From: Azolla caroliniana
Lineage: Eukaryota; Plantae; Polypodiophyta
Length of the DNA stretch: 64,000 nucleotides
Assembly (NCBI GenBank): GCA_043228905.1
Contig: JBHGNT010000010.1
Coordinates: forward strand, 744,001 to 808,000
Direction: 5' to 3'
Part shown: piece after piece, positions 1 to 13,533 of the stretch
Layout of the letters: each line of letters opens with the position of its first letter
Numbering within the stretch: position 1 is the stretch's first letter
Made by a program: the position numbers and the translations under genes
The notes under the pieces: generated by a model
The model's input: only the letters and a program-made list of their open reading frames with translations
Database searches by the model: none
Told to the model about the DNA's origin: nothing

Positions 1-1248
1 GCCGATACTATGAGAAAACGGCTGAGCAGGTAATTATTTATAAAGATGTCAGCATTTAGGACATTTTAATTGTTTCTTCTCCATACCACTATCTTTATGG
101 AAAATCTTTACGAGAAAATCTTTATGGAAATATCGGCATTTAGTGCATTTGGTTTTTTCCATCTCTTTACCATTATCTATGAAGTGCTTTTGAATCGCTA
201 GTTTTTTCTCTATGTCATGATATAGGAAAAGCTTGAGAGGCGTAGACAGATGCCTTTCCACATGCATATCAATCTTGAATTGCTGGAGGCTGTGCATCTT
301 ATATCGGCTATGCTGCTTGAGGTTCCAAACATGGCAGCAAGCGTCCTTGATCCAAAGAGAAAAGTGATCAGTAAGAATTTCCGAAGGCTTGTTGATATTA
401 GTGATAGGCAAGCATTCACAGGGCCTCCTGAGAATGTGCGAGATCATGTTATGGCTGCCACTCGAGCAATGACCAAAGGTGATTGGCAAAAAGCGGTTGA
501 AGTGGTTCAAGGCCTTGATGTATGGAAGCTTCTGGCCAAGAAAGAGTCTGTGGTTGAAATGCTTAAGAGTAAGATTCAGGAAGAAGCTCTACGCACATAT
601 TTGTTTACATACTCCCCATATTATGGTGCATTGAGCTTGGACCAGCTCATGAAAATGTTTAACCTCTCAGAGCCTCAGGTTCATAGCATTGTGAGTAAAA
701 TGATGATTGCCGAGGAGCTTCATGCAAGTTGGGACCAGCCGACCCGCTGTATTGTCACTCACAATGTTGAGCCCACAAGGCTACAAGCCCTTGCAGCTCA
801 GTTTGCTGAGAAGTTGTCAGTTCTTGTTGAGAGCAATGAGAAGGCATATGAAGCACATACTGGAAGTAGTTTGGAAGGGCTTCCATCAGGAGGAAGACGC
901 AAAGAAAATCAAGAGTATGCTCCTGGTACTGGTAGTCGTTGGCAAGGAGATTTCACATATGGCCAGGGGAAACAAGGTGGATATACAGGTTATGCTGGAA
1001 CCAGGAACTATAGTGGTGGACGAGGTGGTCAGGGTAGAGGAGGTGGTTTTAGGGATTCAAGGGGTGGCCAAGGGGGAGGGCGTGGTGGTGGTGGTGGTGC
1101 GTACAGCTCTGTGTTCCAGAGCACTAGATATCAAGATGCTTATAGTAGTGTGGGTCGAACCCCTTACCAAGCTGGGCCTATGGTTCGGGGTTCTGACCAA
1201 GAAGGGGCAGGTAGAATGGTTAGCCTAACGAGGTCGGTGAGATTTTAG
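1..1248 (+). CDS. TIF3C1: Eukaryotic translation initiation factor 3 subunit C, 3' part (exons <1..29, 226..1248)
   Basis: Spliced read RYYEKTAEQ|[25 protein letters not shown]; PCI domain ([10 protein letters not shown]...[10 protein letters not shown]); RGG-rich C-terminus; GT..AG intron 30..225. Confidence 0.95.
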
Positions 1249-3241
1249 GTCAAAAGCATTTTTGGGTAGGTTATCGGCCTTTTGAATTGTTAACTATATT
1301 TTTGTTGTCTTGAGTTGGTTTCTTGTATTGTTTTCTTTCAAATAACATTCCAAAAAGAAATGTACTGTTATTATGAGTTTTAGTGGTGGTTTTTATGAAA
1401 TTTATGAGAATTATGATGCTTAGTAATTTATATTTTCTTTTGCCATTCTAGAACTGTAGTTAATTTCCTGAAAAGTGAGTTTCAATCAAATTTGTAAAAG
1501 AGTATTCTTGTTTGAGGTGCATGTAAACTTGCCTCTATTTGATGTTCCTGACAATTGTTCATTGTTTGGTTTTTAAGTTATTAAAAAGAATGATTTGAAT
1601 GCATGCTGTGGAAGATAGAACTCTTAAAAGAAAATTTGATTACAAACTGTAAGTTAAGTTCTTTGACAGAATGTATGTCCGTCATAATTACACCTGATGA
1701 TCTCTGTCTCTGCTAGATTAATTTCTTTTGTGTAAGCATGCTATTAATTGATGTCTCCCATTAATGATTTAGAAAATAATTATTTTGCTGTTACATTTGA
1801 CAATCATACAAATGTATGCGTCAATTAAATTTGATGTATGTATAAATTGTTACATGAAATTTAATTATTTTCTTTCAGTTTTATTAGTCACCACATTGTG
1901 AAATGTTCCATTGTGCTGGATTTCTGTTTTTGTCAGCTCAAATTCTTTTAATATGTGGTGGTCCCAAGAGGTCTTTCAATACCTTTTGATCTTTTGTTGA
2001 TGATAGCAAGCAAAAACTACTCGGTTTAGAGTCAGTAACTGTATAGACTTTGTGCATCCATTAGTTGAAAGATTTGCTCATCGGCCCTCACTGTAGAAAA
2101 TAAATTATAAGAAGTTGCTTTACTTCAAACTATAACTTTATCATTGAATTGCTGGGAGAGGCTCACTCTGGAGAGCTTTGTGAGGCGAGTCTCAGTGTCC
2201 GGTTTACAAACCTCAAAAAAAATAAACCTCCTCTTCTGAATCATGAAAACATGCAAGCGATGCCCTTTTCCAGGATCTGAGGTTCAGTTTATTACCCCTT
2301 ACATCAGAAATTTTGTCGATTTCTGGCAAGCAAATTCACGCATGTTTTATTTTTATCTGATTTGACAAGGTTGCAAATGAGTTAGCATTTGTGTTTCACG
2401 ATGGCAAGCATAGTCTCTGTGACCTTCAATTTCAAGATGGTGAACATAGTCTCTCTAACATTTGAAAATGCTTCAAGGTGCTTCACTAGCCAAGTTTTAG
2501 CTGTGGCTAGTGACACGTTTAATGGTGGTGAAATGAACAGGAGTTTAGGTGCCGTTTTCGCTGACCCTGACACTATACACTGGAAGAGTAGGCACCAACC
2601 AACAATTGTTTGACATTGTTATATGATCAGGGTTTAGCGTCTCAGTATGCACCATTAGTGTTATACTAAAAATGAGGGGTGATCGTGCGTCAGTACCAAA
2701 ATCGAGGCATGAATGAATTATGATTGATTCCAGGTGTTCATGCATCAGTAAGAAAAGTGAGAAAACTGTGGTGGTTGATCGAAATAGCCTGTCAAGTATG
2801 CACAATTATCAAACGCCTTGGCAGCCAAAATCTGCCCTAAAAACGTATCACAATTCTCTTTATGTTCCCAGAGATGTATCACACATAGCGATATCATTGC
2901 GAATTACATAAAATTACACAACAAAGTGGAATTGGATCAATATAGCTCATTGCACAGAGAAATTACTGTACACAGCATATGTATTGTTAAAAGGTATGGA
3001 ATTTATCCAGACATCACAACTCTTTGAGGATATAATAGGGGGCATCTAAATCTATTTTACAAACTAAGATAAAATAGGTGGCCATTCCATACAAACAAGT
3101 GAGAATCAGAATTCCAGACACATTAATTATATTCCATTGTCAGATTAACCCTCTTTTCTGTCCACATGGCAAGCCACCTAACTGTATCAGACCCAGATGC
3201 ATCGATTCCATCAATTCCCACTATATTTTAGTGGATTTGCT

Positions 3242-4031
3242 TCAAGCCAGAAACCCAAGCTTCTCTCCATTCTTCTTTGCGAGTCTAATTAATCCCTGTC
3301 TTTGCTTTGCATCAGCACCAATGGATTTACAGAATTCTGTGATAACCTGATGATCAAGCAAGACATCATTTATCAGAACAACATAACCAAGGATCGGTTT
3401 AGTTAAACCATGTGTGTGTGTGTGTGAAAACACGCTTAAAAAGACGATTATAAATTAAGATGTCTTCTAGTTATGTTTTTGCGTTTGAAATTGTCATGAT
3501 TAATAAAAGCAAAGGCCGAACGTGGTGATTGTTTAGAAAGATATTCGTGACATCATTCATTCTAGAAGTTACCGGACATCATAGCTGTGGAATATCCTAC
3601 AGAAGAATTTCCCAGGTTGTATGATTTCTAGAAACTTCCTGAACGGTCAGTTAAACACGGAAAAAGGTGGAGTACAGGGCATTAAAGCATGAATGAAGAG
3701 GGATGGGATAATGAGGAATAATGACCTGAGAGTGGAGTGCGATGGCCTTCCCTCGGAGTTGATTGAACTGTTTCTTGCCCACGATGTTGCGAGTGATGAC
3801 CACCAGAGGTGCAAACACACCCTTACCCTCGTTCACATTTCCCATCATTACAACTTTATTCATCATCCTACTTGAAGAAGAAGAAGAAGAAGAAGAAGAA
3901 GAAGCGAGTGAAATGCGCTGCACTGAAGATTTGAGGTGGGCAAGACCATGGTCAGGCATGGCAAGTCCAGCCCTAGAACACAGGAACGTGGCCTCTGAGC
4001 AAGGGGCAGGAGTAAGGCAAAGAGATGCCAT
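3242..4031 (-). CDS. PGR5: PROTON GRADIENT REGULATION 5, chloroplast (exons 4031..3726, 3346..3242; about 136 aa)
   Basis: Ser-rich transit peptide, then NVNEGKGVFAPLVVITRNIVGKKQFNQLRGKAIALHSQ|VITEFCKSIGADAKQRQGLIRLAKKNGEKLGFLA, which is the diagnostic PGR5 sequence. Phase-0 GT..AG intron. Confidence 0.96.
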
Positions 4032-6150
4032 GGTACAATGGCGGACTCAAAGTTGGTATTATTATGATGACTCCTAGGTGGGGGGGGTGCTCCACAAGAT
4101 CTGTGCAAGAATGCAGAAAGAAAGACAGTGAACGCGTCGATTTTTTTGGGGGGGAATGTTCGTATTTGTCTGATTTTGAAATGCTCTCTGCTTCTTCTCT
4201 CTTCTCTGCGCTGCGCTGCTCTAACTCTTTACTTTCGCTTGCTATGTCTTTGTCTTTGTCTTTGTCTTCTTATTTGCTTGTTTTTTTCCCTGTGCTCTCT
4301 TTTTTCTTCTGTGCTCTGCTCTCTCTGCTCTGAAGAAGAAGAAGAAGAAGAAGAAGAAGAAGAAGAGATATTTTTGCGTGGTGATCATCCCTCCTCCACT
4401 CCTGCCTGCTGACGTGTCACCTCTCCTCGCCTCCTATTAATTAATTAAAACAGACCCCCGCCCCCACGCACCCACTGACTGACTGACTAACTGAATGAAT
4501 GAATACATACATACATACATACATACATAGGCCAACACCACACCACACCACATTTTGACTCTACATATGTCTCTGTCTCTGTCTCTGTGTGTGTACCTGT
4601 AGACTGTAGTATGAAAGAACGAACACCATGTACATACATACATACACACATTATACATACATATGTATGTATAATGTATGTATGTACATACTAACTTCTA
4701 AGGCGCGAGAGAGGAGAGGAGACCTGAAGGTCATGCGTTCGATCCACCCCAGCATTCCACTTATAGCATGCCATCCTCCTTAATCCAAGTTTCTTATATG
4801 TAGTGAAAAACACATCCCACCCATCTCCACTCTCTCGGCATTGTAAAGTCATTTTTGGCCACCCGCCAAATATAAACGCTTTCTCACGAAATGGAAGATG
4901 AGATTGCCCATCGTGTGTCCAACACCAACAATCCACACCACCATCGTATGCATTGACCAATGTTTGATGTAGCTATGTTTGATGTAGCTGATACATTCAT
5001 TGTTACCCAAGCTCTCTCTTTAATCAGCTTACATTTTAAGGTCACTTTGTGTGCACCACAATATTTATCCAAGAACTTTACCAATGAATGTGGTAGTAGT
5101 TGAGGACAAAGAGATCATGTTACCTTTCCTACCTTTAACAAGATTTAGGACCCTTAGACCTTTTTGCCCTAATGGTAACCTTTAGGACTGGGCCTAGGCT
5201 TTAGAGAGAAAGATAAAGAGGGTATTCATGTTATGAGGCATACAAATAGTTCATCCATGGAGATGAACTTACATTCTAAGTGTACGTGTCCTACAATGAA
5301 TAAAATGGAAAAAGGATCTATTGTGAGTCCTATTGATTTACACCTCACTTTCCATTTGTTCTAGCTAATTTTTTCACTTTGTCGGTTTGAGTTGTGTTAT
5401 GGTGAGTTCTTCTATGACTCAAAACTTGTCCTCCTAATCAAAATATGGCATTTTGCATGCATTCACATACGATCTATATAAACATGGTGGTTGTGTTGGA
5501 CACTTGGAGCAATTTTCATTAAAAAACTGCAACATTGATTATCTACTATACATATCATGAAATCATAAATGACCATTTCTTCACGGTAGTCTTCACTTTT
5601 GTGGAAATTAAAGAAAAATAGAGAGGTTTCTATTCCATTCTGTTAATGTGGACTATGGATAATCACCATATTGTGTGGCCTTAAAAAGAGAGAGTGAAAA
5701 CACACACATATATCCAGGGAGGGACCAGACATACATGTATATACACCTTACATAGCTATGTGAATATATGTACATACATGCACAATGATATTTGTGGCTA
5801 TGTGTATTTCCCGAATAGATCAATGAGGGGCCATGGAGGAAATATATCACTCATATAACGTTCCAAGAATGGTGCAAGGCCACGTATGTGGTAAAAGTAC
5901 AAGGTTATATAAGTCTCGGGCGTAGGTAGGCAATGGTCTAATGTTCCAAGAATGGTCCAAGGCTAAAGTAAGTGGCAAAGTATGTATGTATGTATGTATG
6001 TATGTATGTATGTATGTATAAGAAGGTTGAAGGGAATAAGTAAGTCCATTCACATATACATACATACATATATTGCGGAGCTTATCTATACTCAGTACTC
6101 ACCCAATCAGGGCGTCCCAAATCCTATCTCTCTCTCTCTATCTCTAAGTT

Positions 6151-6183
<33 letters not shown>

Positions 6184-6325
6184 ACGTTTCTCTCTCTCTC
6201 TCTCATCATCATCATCATCCAATCTCAATCTCCTTCCCTTCCCTTCCCTTCCGTATCTGTTCGTTCATACTCTCCCTCCCATTCACAAATCAGTCTCCTG
6301 CTCTGCTTATCTTTTTTTCTTTTCC

Positions 6326-7420
6326 ATGGCCACCACGGTTGCTATGGCGCAAGCTGCTGCTGCTGCCTCCTCCTCCTCTACTTCCATTAACAACCCTAAA
6401 CCCTCTCTGCAGCAACGCCTCAACAACAGATCCTTCTTCGGCAAAGCCCTCGGCCTCGCCCCCTCCGCTGCCCTCCACAGGAATCTCCCTTCTAGAACTG
6501 TCTCCATCAGAGCTCAGGAGAAGGTAAGCCATCTCCCCCCCCCCCCCCCCGATGGACCCAATCAGTGCTTGAATGAATGCCATTTGCTTCGGTTAGAAAA
6601 GCCCCAGTAATGAATCTTGCTTGGATATTACATATGTCCGTGTGTATGTATGGATGTTAATGCTGTATGTACATCATACGTTTGTATGATGTGGGGAATT
6701 CTGTTCAACTAGATTTACTTACACTTGAGGCGGCTTGGTGTGTAAAGCTTGATTTAAAATCTTGTGGCATTGAGTGTGTTGTGTAGATCACACATCTTGG
6801 TTCAGGACAAAGTCCCCCAATGTCTCGTCATATGATTATGTGAAGCTTTTCGTCATCTCTGATTCTATGCCATGGCATGGCATGGCATGGCGTGATGTTA
6901 TATGATATGTGATACAGCAAATTTGTGTGTGCAGTACCAAGTGATTGAGCCATTGAATGGTGACCCATTTGTCGGTTCATTGGAGACACCTGTAACATCC
7001 AGCCCTTTGATCGCATGGTATCTATCGAATCTTCCTGCCTACCGGACGGCTGTGAGCCCATTGCTACGAGGGGTAGAGGTGGGATTGGCCCATGGCTTCT
7101 TGCTAGTGGGACCCTTTGTGAAGACAGGACCCCTACGCAACTCTGAGGTGGCAGGTGCCGCTGGATCATTGGGCGCTGCTGGGCTCATTGTCATCCTGTC
7201 GGTATGCCTCACAATCTACGGTGTAGCACAGTTCAAGGAGGGTAGCCCTTCTGTTGCACCCTCTCTCACTCTCACCGGTCGCAAGAAGGAGGCTGACAAG
7301 CTCCAAACAGCCGATGGTTGGGCTTCGTTCTCCGGCGGCTTCTTCTTCGGTGGACTCTCGGGTGTTGCGTGGGCTTATTTCCTCCTCTACTCCCTCAACC
7401 TTCCCTACTTTGTCAAGTAA
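6326..7420 (+). CDS. PSAL: Photosystem I subunit XI (exons 6326..6523, 6935..7420)
   Basis: Transit peptide ...VSIRAQEK|[54 protein letters not shown]...LNLPYFVK; canonical splice sites in frame. Confidence 0.97.
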
Positions 7421-9912
7421 ATTCTTAGAAGGCTGTCAATATTCAAATTTGATGGGCATCTTTGTTTTCTTTCAATGTAAACGCAATTAACTCCATCATC
7501 ATCATTCATCATGAGAAATGGATTGGCTTAATCATCTAATTGCCTTTGTACACATGAATATTGTCATGAATTTGGAGATTTAGTTTGCCATTTCAAATTT
7601 TCTCACAGTTTGAGCAAAAGGAGATGAATGTTGATATATCAATGAGCCATCAATAGACTCAGTAACATGGTTGATGTATAATGTGGTTTTGTAGAGCTTC
7701 TTGCATCTCCCTAAAAAACTCTACTTATAAAACTGGGAGATTTGCTTCTTTAAACTCAGTTTGATCATGATTTACTCTAGTTATCTTCTTAGAGAGCACG
7801 ACTGGCCTCTTTATGAGGTACTTATATTGACTGCCACCTTGGATACAGTAATAATCAAGTGTCTGCACTCAGATTTGTCACGAACCCCAGCCACAATCTT
7901 GTTCCAGCTCAGTGCAATGAAGACCCTCTGATCGAAACCGTATATCATCTCATTTATAACATTACAATTTTGATGACGAATGTGATGCAACATTCGATTG
8001 TTCGAAGATACATGAAGGATATTGAAGTTGTAGTTACCCATATGCTCAATCAACCCTTGGTATTTTTTGAGCTCATAAGAAAACACCTAGGATCGGAAAC
8101 ATACCAGATTAGGAATTTGATGTAAAGGGAGATGCAAATGAATGTTCAAACATTTGGTATTACAAAGATATAAGATGCAGATCAATAATGTACTAAAGAA
8201 TGTCATGGATGAATAATCTAACCAAAACACATGGAACAACTACCCTCATCGTTAGAAAAATATGTTATGGATGTTATAGTTGTATGTGAACAAGATTAGG
8301 TTATCATGAACCAATCTTGTTAGTTGTTAGTTAGGATATTCATGATTACGGGTCAAGCTCAATCATTTCACAATACAAAATGCATGTTGAAGAAAGTGGT
8401 GGCTAGACGAACATTTGGTGTTGGCAAGCTAGATGATGCAAGCTTGCTCATGTAAGGGTGCACCAATATGAATCATTTGAAGGTGCATGATGGATGTTGC
8501 AGGCATGCATTTTCATCTACACAATGTACGTAATAAAGTGCATGGGATGTTTCCGACTGTGTTGATTAGAGAACTTAAAGAATATGCACTTGCACTTGAT
8601 ATCAACATCGTGGTTAGCACTATAGATGATTGCTTAGGGTTTAGGGATGTTAGCTACCATTCCGAGTCTCCTCACTTGAAGTACACCATGTATGTTTCCA
8701 TGGCTTCTGAGGGTTCATGAAATAACCCCAATATCTAAATCAAGTTTTTTAACATCGAGGGTGAAGAGACAGAAAATCCAAGTTATAGCGTTAGTTAGAT
8801 TCTCATACTTTTCAAGGTTCTCATCTATTGAATCATTCATTCTATGAGTCCATTGGCGTACTACTTTACACTCCATTTCCCTCTTCCACTCACTTCTAAT
8901 CTCTCTCTCTCTCTCTCTCTCTAACTTATCCTCCCCTCCTCCCAAAAATCCTGTGGTGGTGGTCCACTTTCACACTTGCAATATATTTTATGGTGTTTCC
9001 CATTGATCCATCATAGCATCAACAAATCATGAACCACCAACCATTTACTTATTTTTGGTGGATGATGCTCTCTTTTTCTAGGCTAATTGACATCCTATTG
9101 CAAATATGGGTGATAAACAATTTCAGTTGCCTTTGGAACTAAAAACAAGCTATGTGCTTATTGCATGATTGCTTATGAACATAACATGGGACTGTGGATC
9201 CTGATCATGTATGTAGCTTTAGTATTATGATTCTGATCATTTAAGAATATATCGTGTAACCATAGACCCTAAATAATGTGCTTTAAGTTTAGCTCCCCTC
9301 AACGTAGCTAGTGATTCTAGAAGCATTGATGCCATAACAACATGTTGGAAACTATTCATCCAATTAACTTTCACTTTTACTAGTTACAAGCTAGCTTGTG
9401 ATACTAGAATCACCATTGCAAGAGAAGACATGTCATTTGAAGCTATTATTCCTAGTAATGTACTTCAATTTAACATAATTTTTACTAGCAACAAAGTAGC
9501 GAGTGAAGAGATTGTCGCAAGGACTATGGACACAATTATCTCATCTCTTAACTAGGTAGGGTTGGGCCCCATTGCCAATTGTGGAAGGCTTTCATCCTAC
9601 ATTCAAATCATTGGTTTTTTGTTAATCACATTGATTGTGACCTATACATGTATGATGTAACCATGGATAAGAACATTGTGTCGTGTGAAGCTTGAACAAG
9701 TTTCTAAAATAAACCATGGTTTTAGAGGCATGAGAGAATTAAAGACTTCACCAAAAGGTTACATTAATAGAGAATGATTAATTATACATACAAAAACATG
9801 CTATGGTTTACACCATTGCAATGTTAAATAGCCTAGACATGGGATAACACTACAAATATGTATATATAACACACATATGGGATTATTGAGATGGGAACCG
9901 AAACCTGACGGC

Positions 9913-12900
9913 CTAGGAGTTGGGATCGGCTTTAGCTAGGTGCATAGACATAGGCTCTAACTTAGAGACACGTTGTTGCACCACCAAAATGCAAGCATGG
10001 AAATCAGTCTCATCTGTGTGCGTTCCCACCAGGCAGTCTCCAAACATACCCAAGGAGGAGGAGGAGTAAGCATCACCATCATCTTCAGATGATGATAGTC
10101 TGGATAGCCCTCTACCCACAATGACCAAGTTCACATCATTTATGAGTGCCTTTGCCATTTGGGCTAGTGCATCTTTAAGGCCACTAGAGTCCAAGTGTTC
10201 TTCCTCATAGACCACAGAGCTAGCTTCTAAGGACTTCTCCTTGAGCTTTGAGATGGTTTGGTCATCAAGCAGCTTCTGCTTGGAGACCATTGGCACTTCT
10301 TCTTCATTAGGTGTGCATGTATACCTGATGACTCTGAGGAGGACACCAGGGTGGTCGGCCATTCTGCACGCGAGATAAAGGGCTTCGCGGTCATCGGGCC
10401 CCCCACGAAACAGTAATACAACTTTGTAAGAGAAGAAGCAAGGGTGTATAGCTGAGGGGGAGTGAGAGCCAATGATGAGGAGGGCTAGGGAGCAAGGAGT
10501 ATCTGATGGGTTGTTGAGCAGGTGGAGATAAGGCTTAGGAACTAGGGATTGCACTGAATGTGGACTAGGATTAGCTCCTAGTGCAGCTTCGTCAAGTCCA
10601 AGTGCTCTTGGTTTGATGCAAGGAAGAAGGATCAAGTTGGTCCTCTTCTTGACCGCCATGGTGGAGATGTGTTGATGCATGTGGTCAAGGTCAGAAATGG
10701 CAGCCAAAGGCTTGACCATAACTTTGGAAAGCGTCAAGGAAGGCTGAAAAGAGGGGATGAAAGCAGCTGCGCCTCCGGCCACGAGCTTTTGGCTAAGTCC
10801 ACTCCTCGACTGTAATCGCATGATTGCCGACCACCGCTCCGAGAGCTCCCCGACACGCAAAGCGTAGAGCTTGAGAGGGGCTCCTCCGCTGGCCTTCTTG
10901 TTTCCGCGCGATGCTTCGATGAGGTTCACGAGCGCGGCATATTGCTCCATTTGTTCGTGATCGTCACCACCCAGCCCTGACCCTCCTCCATTCACATAGG
11001 CGGCCGCCAATACTCTTAGCTGCTGCTTCCCCTTCTCCACACCCTCCACACATGAACCTCCACCACTGGAGCTACCCATATCCATCCCCTCCTCCTCGCC
11101 CACCTCCGCTCCTGCCTTATTATTACCTTTTCCACCCGACAGCGCCGAGACCACCGGAAATGTGATGAAAGATGTCAAGAGGCATGTCAACACGAGGATC
11201 GCGAATGCCTCGTCTGTCAAGGCCTGCAAGAAAAATTGTCTTGAATATTAGTCTAATCACTTGCACTCGTACTGTGAATGAAATTGATCCAATTTTATGT
11301 ATAGGGCGTGCGTGTGTGGATGGTTCCACCTTAGTATGTATGTTCAATTTGTAACCCACCCGAGAGAGGACCCATAAAAATTATAAAGTCTTTGAATGTT
11401 GGATTAAGGGCCCTTAAAAAGTTTCGGAGAGATGTCTCAAAAAATATAAGGTCGGATGTTTTAGAAAAGACTTTCTAACTTTACAAAGATATAAATAGAT
11501 AGATATTCTAAGTGATTGAAACATAGCCTGTGTCACCCCTACTTAAAACTACAAAAGGTTGCTATGGATGTAACTAGTCAAGGATGGAGTAGTAGTTACC
11601 TTCAGATCCCTCCCCACATTCAGCACAATCAACACGGCAAGGCCCTTGGTATTCATGAGGAAGCCCAAGATCAAGGCCCTCCGGGTCGGCAGCCCACAAA
11701 GCCTCGCAGTCACGAACGTGCCCACGATCTTCCCGACCGCTGCGGTTGCGAAAAAGAGCGCAAGGAATGCCAAGGAAACGACTCCGTGGAGGGACCCCAG
11801 ATTAGTCTTAAGCCCACTTGAAGCAAAGAAGAGAGGGAGCATGAGACCTGTCACAAAATCCTCTATCTTTTCTATTATCATCTTAGGGAAGTCATTGCCT
11901 TTGGGTATGACCAAGCCAAGCAGAAATGGGCCCAAGAGGGGGTGCACGCCAATGGCATCGCTGCAGAAACCTGTGACGAGCACGGTCACGAGGGTGATGC
12001 ACACGTATAGATCAGTCCCCTTGCCTTGCTTCAAAGCTTTGTGAGCTATGACGTTCATGAACATTCGCACCAATGTCATCATGATCACACCAAATGCAGC
12101 CCCACAAAGAAGCACCCACACAGGTGTGAGAGGGTTGTGCTTGGGACCGCCAATAGCAACTCCGACCGCAAGAAGCGTCCACACCGCCACATCATTCACA
12201 GCTGCGGCCGGCACGGCCACCTTTCCTACATCAGTAGATAATAGGCCCAGCTCTGCCATGATCCTCACAAGGACCGAGAATGCACTGATGGAAAGAGGTG
12301 TTCCCATGAAAACAATGAGCGGCGCTAGACTAGATCCTTTTGCGATAGTGTTTCTCACTAGGCCTGCCAGAGTCGCCGAAATGGCAAATGGAACCCCGAT
12401 GCCCGCCAGGCCGATCACAAGAGCTCTCTTTCCCGTCCGGCCAAGTGCTTGTAGATCGAGCTCTAGCCCCACCATGAATATGAAGAACATCAACCCCATG
12501 GTGGCCACCGTCTCGAGCAAAGGAATGCTTTGTGTTGGGAACACCTTCTCCATGTACGCCTTATTTCGACCCAATGCAGTTGGCCCTAGGAGCACACCAC
12601 CCTACAAGTAGAAAACAATAAGAACAGGACAAAGACGTTTACATATTCGCTAGAAGAAACAACAAATTGAATGGGATATGAATCAGCCTGAATATAGAGT
12701 GAGACAATCGGATGACTGAAAGAAAACGGTCTGGGTCTCAAAATGATAGCCAGTTACAACCCTGAGTGTGTGGAAGTGACGAGGATGCTTACGATGATTT
12801 CGGCAAGGACACGAGGTTGTTTGATGTGACGGAAGAGGTAGGCGAGCGAGCGGGTGACAAGGAGCACTACGACGATCTGAACGACGAGCAAAGGAAGGGC

Positions 12901-13017
12901 AAAGTTGAGGGGAATGTCACCTTGGAAGAAGCCATTGGAGACGGCATGCATGGGGTGGAAGCAATTCGGGGGGGTGGTAGAGGGAGAATTAGCCAAATTA
13001 GCATTGGAGGAGGCCAT
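9913..13017 (-). CDS. CHX: Cation/H+ antiporter of the CHX (CPA2) family (exons 13017..12793, 12601..11600, 11223..9913; about 845 aa)
   Basis: SNGFFQGDIPLNFALPLL, KQPRVLAEII|GGVLLGPTALG, GLELDL, AAVNDVAVW, PLFFASSGLKTN, MNTKGL, GGPDDREAL; all junctions are phase-0 GT..AG. Confidence 0.93.
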
Positions 13018-13466
13018 AACTACTCTAATAATGGGTAGTAGTTAGTAACTATATATGTATGAAGTGATGTTTGTTTTGTGTGTATAGAGGAGGAGGGGGA
13101 GGTTGGCCATGAAGGGCAGGGTTTAAATATTAGTAGTACAAGGAAAGCTAAGGGGTTTCAGCCTTTTCTTTTTTGTGCATCAGATGAAGATTCCCAAAGA
13201 AAGGTGTGGGGAGCTCAGCTCAGCTCAAATCAGAAGTGGCAAGGGGGATGTTGTCGTATTGTTAGATGTGGAGGTGGGGTTGGGTGGGATTGGATTGGAT
13301 GTATTGGATGGATGGATGGATTGATGGATGGATTGATGGACATACATCCCATCCATACGTACGTACATACATACATACATACATACATACATGCATACAC
13401 ACATAATTCACGGTCACAAAAGCGGAGGAAAGGTGAGGTCTTATTAGGCATCTTATTGTGATATGA

Positions 13467-13533
<67 letters not shown>

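Noticed and set aside
2382-3027. Short ORFs between eIF3c and PGR5
   Set aside because: No recognisable domain or splice structure.
4725-4760. B-box-like GCGTTCGATCC, and a weak inverted similarity between ~4903 and ~5510
   Set aside because: No A-box or cloverleaf, and the TIR/TSD evidence is too weak to call a SINE or MITE.
7811-8720. ORFs of 77-91 aa, possibly a gene or transposase relic
   Set aside because: Could not assign to any family from sequence alone.
11646-12611. Plus-strand ORFs over CHX
   Set aside because: Antisense shadows of the CHX coding exon.
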